A DNA stretch of 64,000 nt from Eledone cirrhosa (lineage: Eukaryota), in the NCBI GenBank assembly GCA_964016885.1, contig OZ024740.1:262508001-262572000 (forward strand), read 5' to 3'. Both the position numbers and the translations under genes were made by a program. The notes under the pieces are model-generated. The model was not told the origin of the DNA. It was given only the letters and a program-made list of their open reading frames with translations, and made no database searches. Below are positions 61,878 through 64,000 of the stretch, in pieces. How positions within the stretch are numbered: the stretch's first letter is position 1; each line of letters starts with the position of its first letter.

Positions 61878-64000
61878 CGGTCTGTTCAGACGCTTTTTGC
61901 TCGATCCCAGTAAATCGCTTTATTTGCCTGTTAAAATTATTTGATGTTAAATATTTCTTGTTGTGTAAGGGTTATAAGGGTTATTGCCCTGTGAAGGGGA
62001 AAGTATAATATTTGGGCCTTTTGGCCCACATATTTGAACATTTTACTTTAAAAAAAATTTGTTTAAAAGAAAAAAAAACATGGCTGAGCCACGGCCCCCA
62101 GCAATACGTCTGGTGTCGTCTGACAACGGCGTAAAAGTTGAGAGGGTTACAACCATTGTTACAACAGACACCACCACAAACAACGTCAACAAAGACAACA
62201 CTGAGAACACTAATTTTGAAAAAATTACCACACAAATTACAACAATAACAGCGTCAACCAAAATACAGACAACAGAAAAAAATGACAACAAATGCAACAA
62301 CGATATTAACACCACTAAGAAGAAAATAAACAACGACAACACCAACAGCAACAATACAAATTGCACCGAAAACAACAACAACGGTGGCACCAAAAACACA
62401 ACCAACTACGACAGTAATAACAGCAACAACACCAACAATACCGTTTGTAGCATTAGCAACAGCAACAGCACCAACAACAAGACCAGTAGCGGCAGCAATA
62501 ATGGTGCCGCTGAAAAAGGAGCCACTTCTTTCGCAGGTGTGGCCCGAAATATAGAAACAGTGCTAGTCACGGAGGAGGAGATGGCAGTCGCAAGAACCAT
62601 GGTGTCGAGAAACGACAACAGAGTTTCCCTGAAACCTCTATCCGAGTTCTTCAAGGACCAGCAACTGTGCACGGTGACTTACCGCACTGTAAGCAAAATG
62701 TTACATTGGGTGGAGAGAGCCACGGGGGTTCAAATCCAAAAGGCCTTGGGGGGCGTCTGGGCGCGCAAAACCCATATCACCCGGGAAAAAAGTACGCCAC
62801 ACCAAGAGGCAAATTCTCACTCTTTGGAAACCCTAAAGAGTGAGGAGATCGTCTTGGTGCCCTCCTACTACGGACAGAAAATTATGAGGGTCAAAGTGAC
62901 CCAGGTCCCTCCCAACGTGCCCATACCTTGGCTGGCCGCGTCTGTACTTGCTGGAATCGAGGAGAAGACCACCATACTGCAAATACAGAGAATGGGAAGA
63001 GAGACCTGGTCAGGAACAGGCATGCAAATGCTAATACAGACTGACCAGGAGTGTATCGAGGCCATCCCAGACATAATAGACCTCGGAGAAGAGCTCCAAC
63101 TCCCTATAAGCGTGGAAGGAAGGCGCCCAAAGTGCTATCTCTGTGGGCAGAAGGGTCACCTCAGGGCCTTCTGCCCGCAGAAGACAGCCAAGGAGAGGGC
63201 TCCCTCCTTCCGACGCCTGATCCGCTGCTACCAATAGCAGGGCAGGAAACAGAGGCAGAAGAACCTTCCATGGTGCGTAGGAGGGCACCGTCCGTGGTTC
63301 TCATACCAAGGTCACGGACAACTAAAGCAGCGGCAGCAGTGGTGGCATCACCAACAGTCGCAGTAGCTACGCCGGCGGCAAAATCGCCGGAGCGGGCTCC
63401 ACTACCACCACGAACAGCAGTGGAGCTCATTCCCTTTCCCGGGCGTCACGGGGTTCGACATGGAGTGTGAGGTGGAGGGAAGTGGCAAACGGTCTGCCAC
63501 AAAAAAAAGAAAAAAGAAAAAAACTCTTAGCTTCACCCTCCAAAAGCGAAGGCAGACAAAGAGGGGTAAAGGCGGCTAGGAGTCTTGCAGCAACACCACG
63601 ACCATCACCAGCAGAGGCAGGACGGTCAGATTTCTTCAGACGTCTAGAGACCTTTCTTGGAACGTCCCGCTCTTTAGTGTTAGTGGGCGACGGGAACAGT
63701 ATCTTAGATGCACGCTGTGATTATGTGGGGATAGTAGATAGGGCAGGAGGGTGTAAAAACCTCAACAACCTGCTCAGCCGTTTTGAACTGTCTGACAGGT
63801 ATAGACTGGATTATCCGAATGTGCCAATGTGGACATGGGCAAACCGCATCGGATCATCCAGATCGTATTTAGATAGGGTATTCTGTAGGGAAACAGATAA
63901 GGCTAGTGAAGGTTGTCCACAATTTAAAGTCGTCGACTACACGGACTACAAATTGGTGATCTGTGAAGTTGACTTAGATAGACTCCATAGGCAAGGACCC
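61878..64000 (+). mobile_element. Tx1/L1-like element E (5' part, runs off the window)
   Basis: 5' UTR like element B. ORF1 from ATG 62080 is N/T-rich with CYLCGQKGHLRAFC. From about 63612 it joins APE sequence (DFFRRLETFLG..VGDGN..YLDRVF). Confidence 0.9.

Overview
AT-rich, microsatellite-dense eukaryotic DNA with no recognisable host gene, made almost entirely of transposable elements. The recurrent tRNA-headed SINE and the (TA)n/(CA)n density suggest an octopus or other coleoid genome (inference). The first half (about 1-30 kb) is dominated by Penelope-like elements (PLEs): three Naiad-type RT+GIY-YIG copies, one Penelope/Poseidon-like copy and one PLE N-terminal fragment. It also holds about 17 type-I hammerhead ribozyme (HHR) motifs of roughly a dozen different sequences, found by eye. 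Many HHRs sit on both arms of non-coding fold-back units inserted in (TA)n. Unrelated families share a layout: HHR, then AATAAA, with the inverted arm ending about 60 nt and the forward copy about 200 nt after the predicted cleavage site. The second half (30-64 kb) has two CRE-clade elements (one with an N-terminal PHD-like finger), a head-to-tail array of Tx1/L1-like elements in (ATT)n with a Dong/R4 element between two of them, and many SINEs. All structures and alignments were read manually; no searches or folding programs were run.
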